64,000 nt of DNA from the NCBI GenBank assembly GCA_000934665.2, contig KZ537972.1, positions 124,001 to 188,000 on the forward strand, in the 5' to 3' direction. The notes under the pieces were generated by a model. That model ran no database searches. It had not been told where the DNA came from and was given only the letters and a program-made list of their open reading frames with translations. Position numbers and translations under genes: made by a program. Positions within the stretch are counted from its first letter, which is position 1. Each line of letters starts with the position of its first letter. Positions 63,401 through 64,000 of the stretch are shown here, one piece after another. This stretch comes from Catajapyx aquilonaris (Eukaryota).

Positions 63401-64000
63401 AACGTCTGATCCTCTCTAGGTGATTTTAAATTAGTTATATACACATCCAGTAACCCATCATGCATTACAGGGATCGGTAGAAAACTTACACATTATTAGG
63501 ACCCTGTTTTTTTTGTAATAAAAAAAAAGTTGGTAGAAAATTGTTAATAAGCGTGTCATTATACGAACGGCGCTGTGATCAAGTTTGTGCTAAACTCATT
63601 TGTAGGTTATCTGCCAGTTTGAAGGGCAATTTATGATCACCAGGTGATCCAACCTGCATCGTATTTTCTTCTACCCTGTAATACCTTTGAAGCTTCAAAT
63701 AATTTATAAGGCCGCGACCTGTCGTAAATAATGTATTCGCATTGTCCTCCGACTTGGAAATCGATCAGAAGCTGCGGTTAGATTTCCACTGGGTGACCAT
63801 ACAAGAGATATATACTGTATACACGCTGGCCCTTTAATAAAAAAAATAACAAAGCGTGTAATAATTAGAGCAGTCGTAAATAATAGCAGCCACTTGTGAA
63901 TAATAAACCTTTACTGCATTCTAGCATGCAAAATGTGTCGTATTGCCCAGGAAAAATATGAAAACAAAAGGGACCCCCTTTGCATGAATTATATAGAGTA

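Overview
Eukaryotic (animal, probably arthropod-type) genomic DNA with three spliced protein-coding genes, which I reconstructed by hand from GT-AG boundaries with consistent reading phase. (1) The 3' ~1000 codons of a Liprin-alpha/SYD-2 (PPFIA) gene on +, 4750-14795, encoding coiled coils and three SAM domains; its 5' exons lie upstream of the window. (2) A ParaHox Gsx/ind homeobox gene on +, 22934-24724, with no Xlox or Cdx neighbour visible. (3) A TMEM272-like multi-pass membrane protein gene on -, five coding exons from 46810 down to 35988, with a long Ser/Arg-rich N-terminal extension. The rest is intron or intergenic DNA with decayed LINE and DNA-transposon fragments, a piggyBac-type non-autonomous element and several long near-perfect hairpins. 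The most notable observations are a mutually exclusive exon pair in Liprin-alpha with a distant-branch-point/AG-exclusion architecture, an upstream Gsx exon that could mask the N-terminal SRSF repression motif, a Su(H)+E-box cluster downstream of Gsx, and neural miRNA seed sites in the Gsx and Liprin 3' UTRs. No prokaryote-type systems (CRISPR, operons) are present. Family assignments come from remembered motifs, not database searches.
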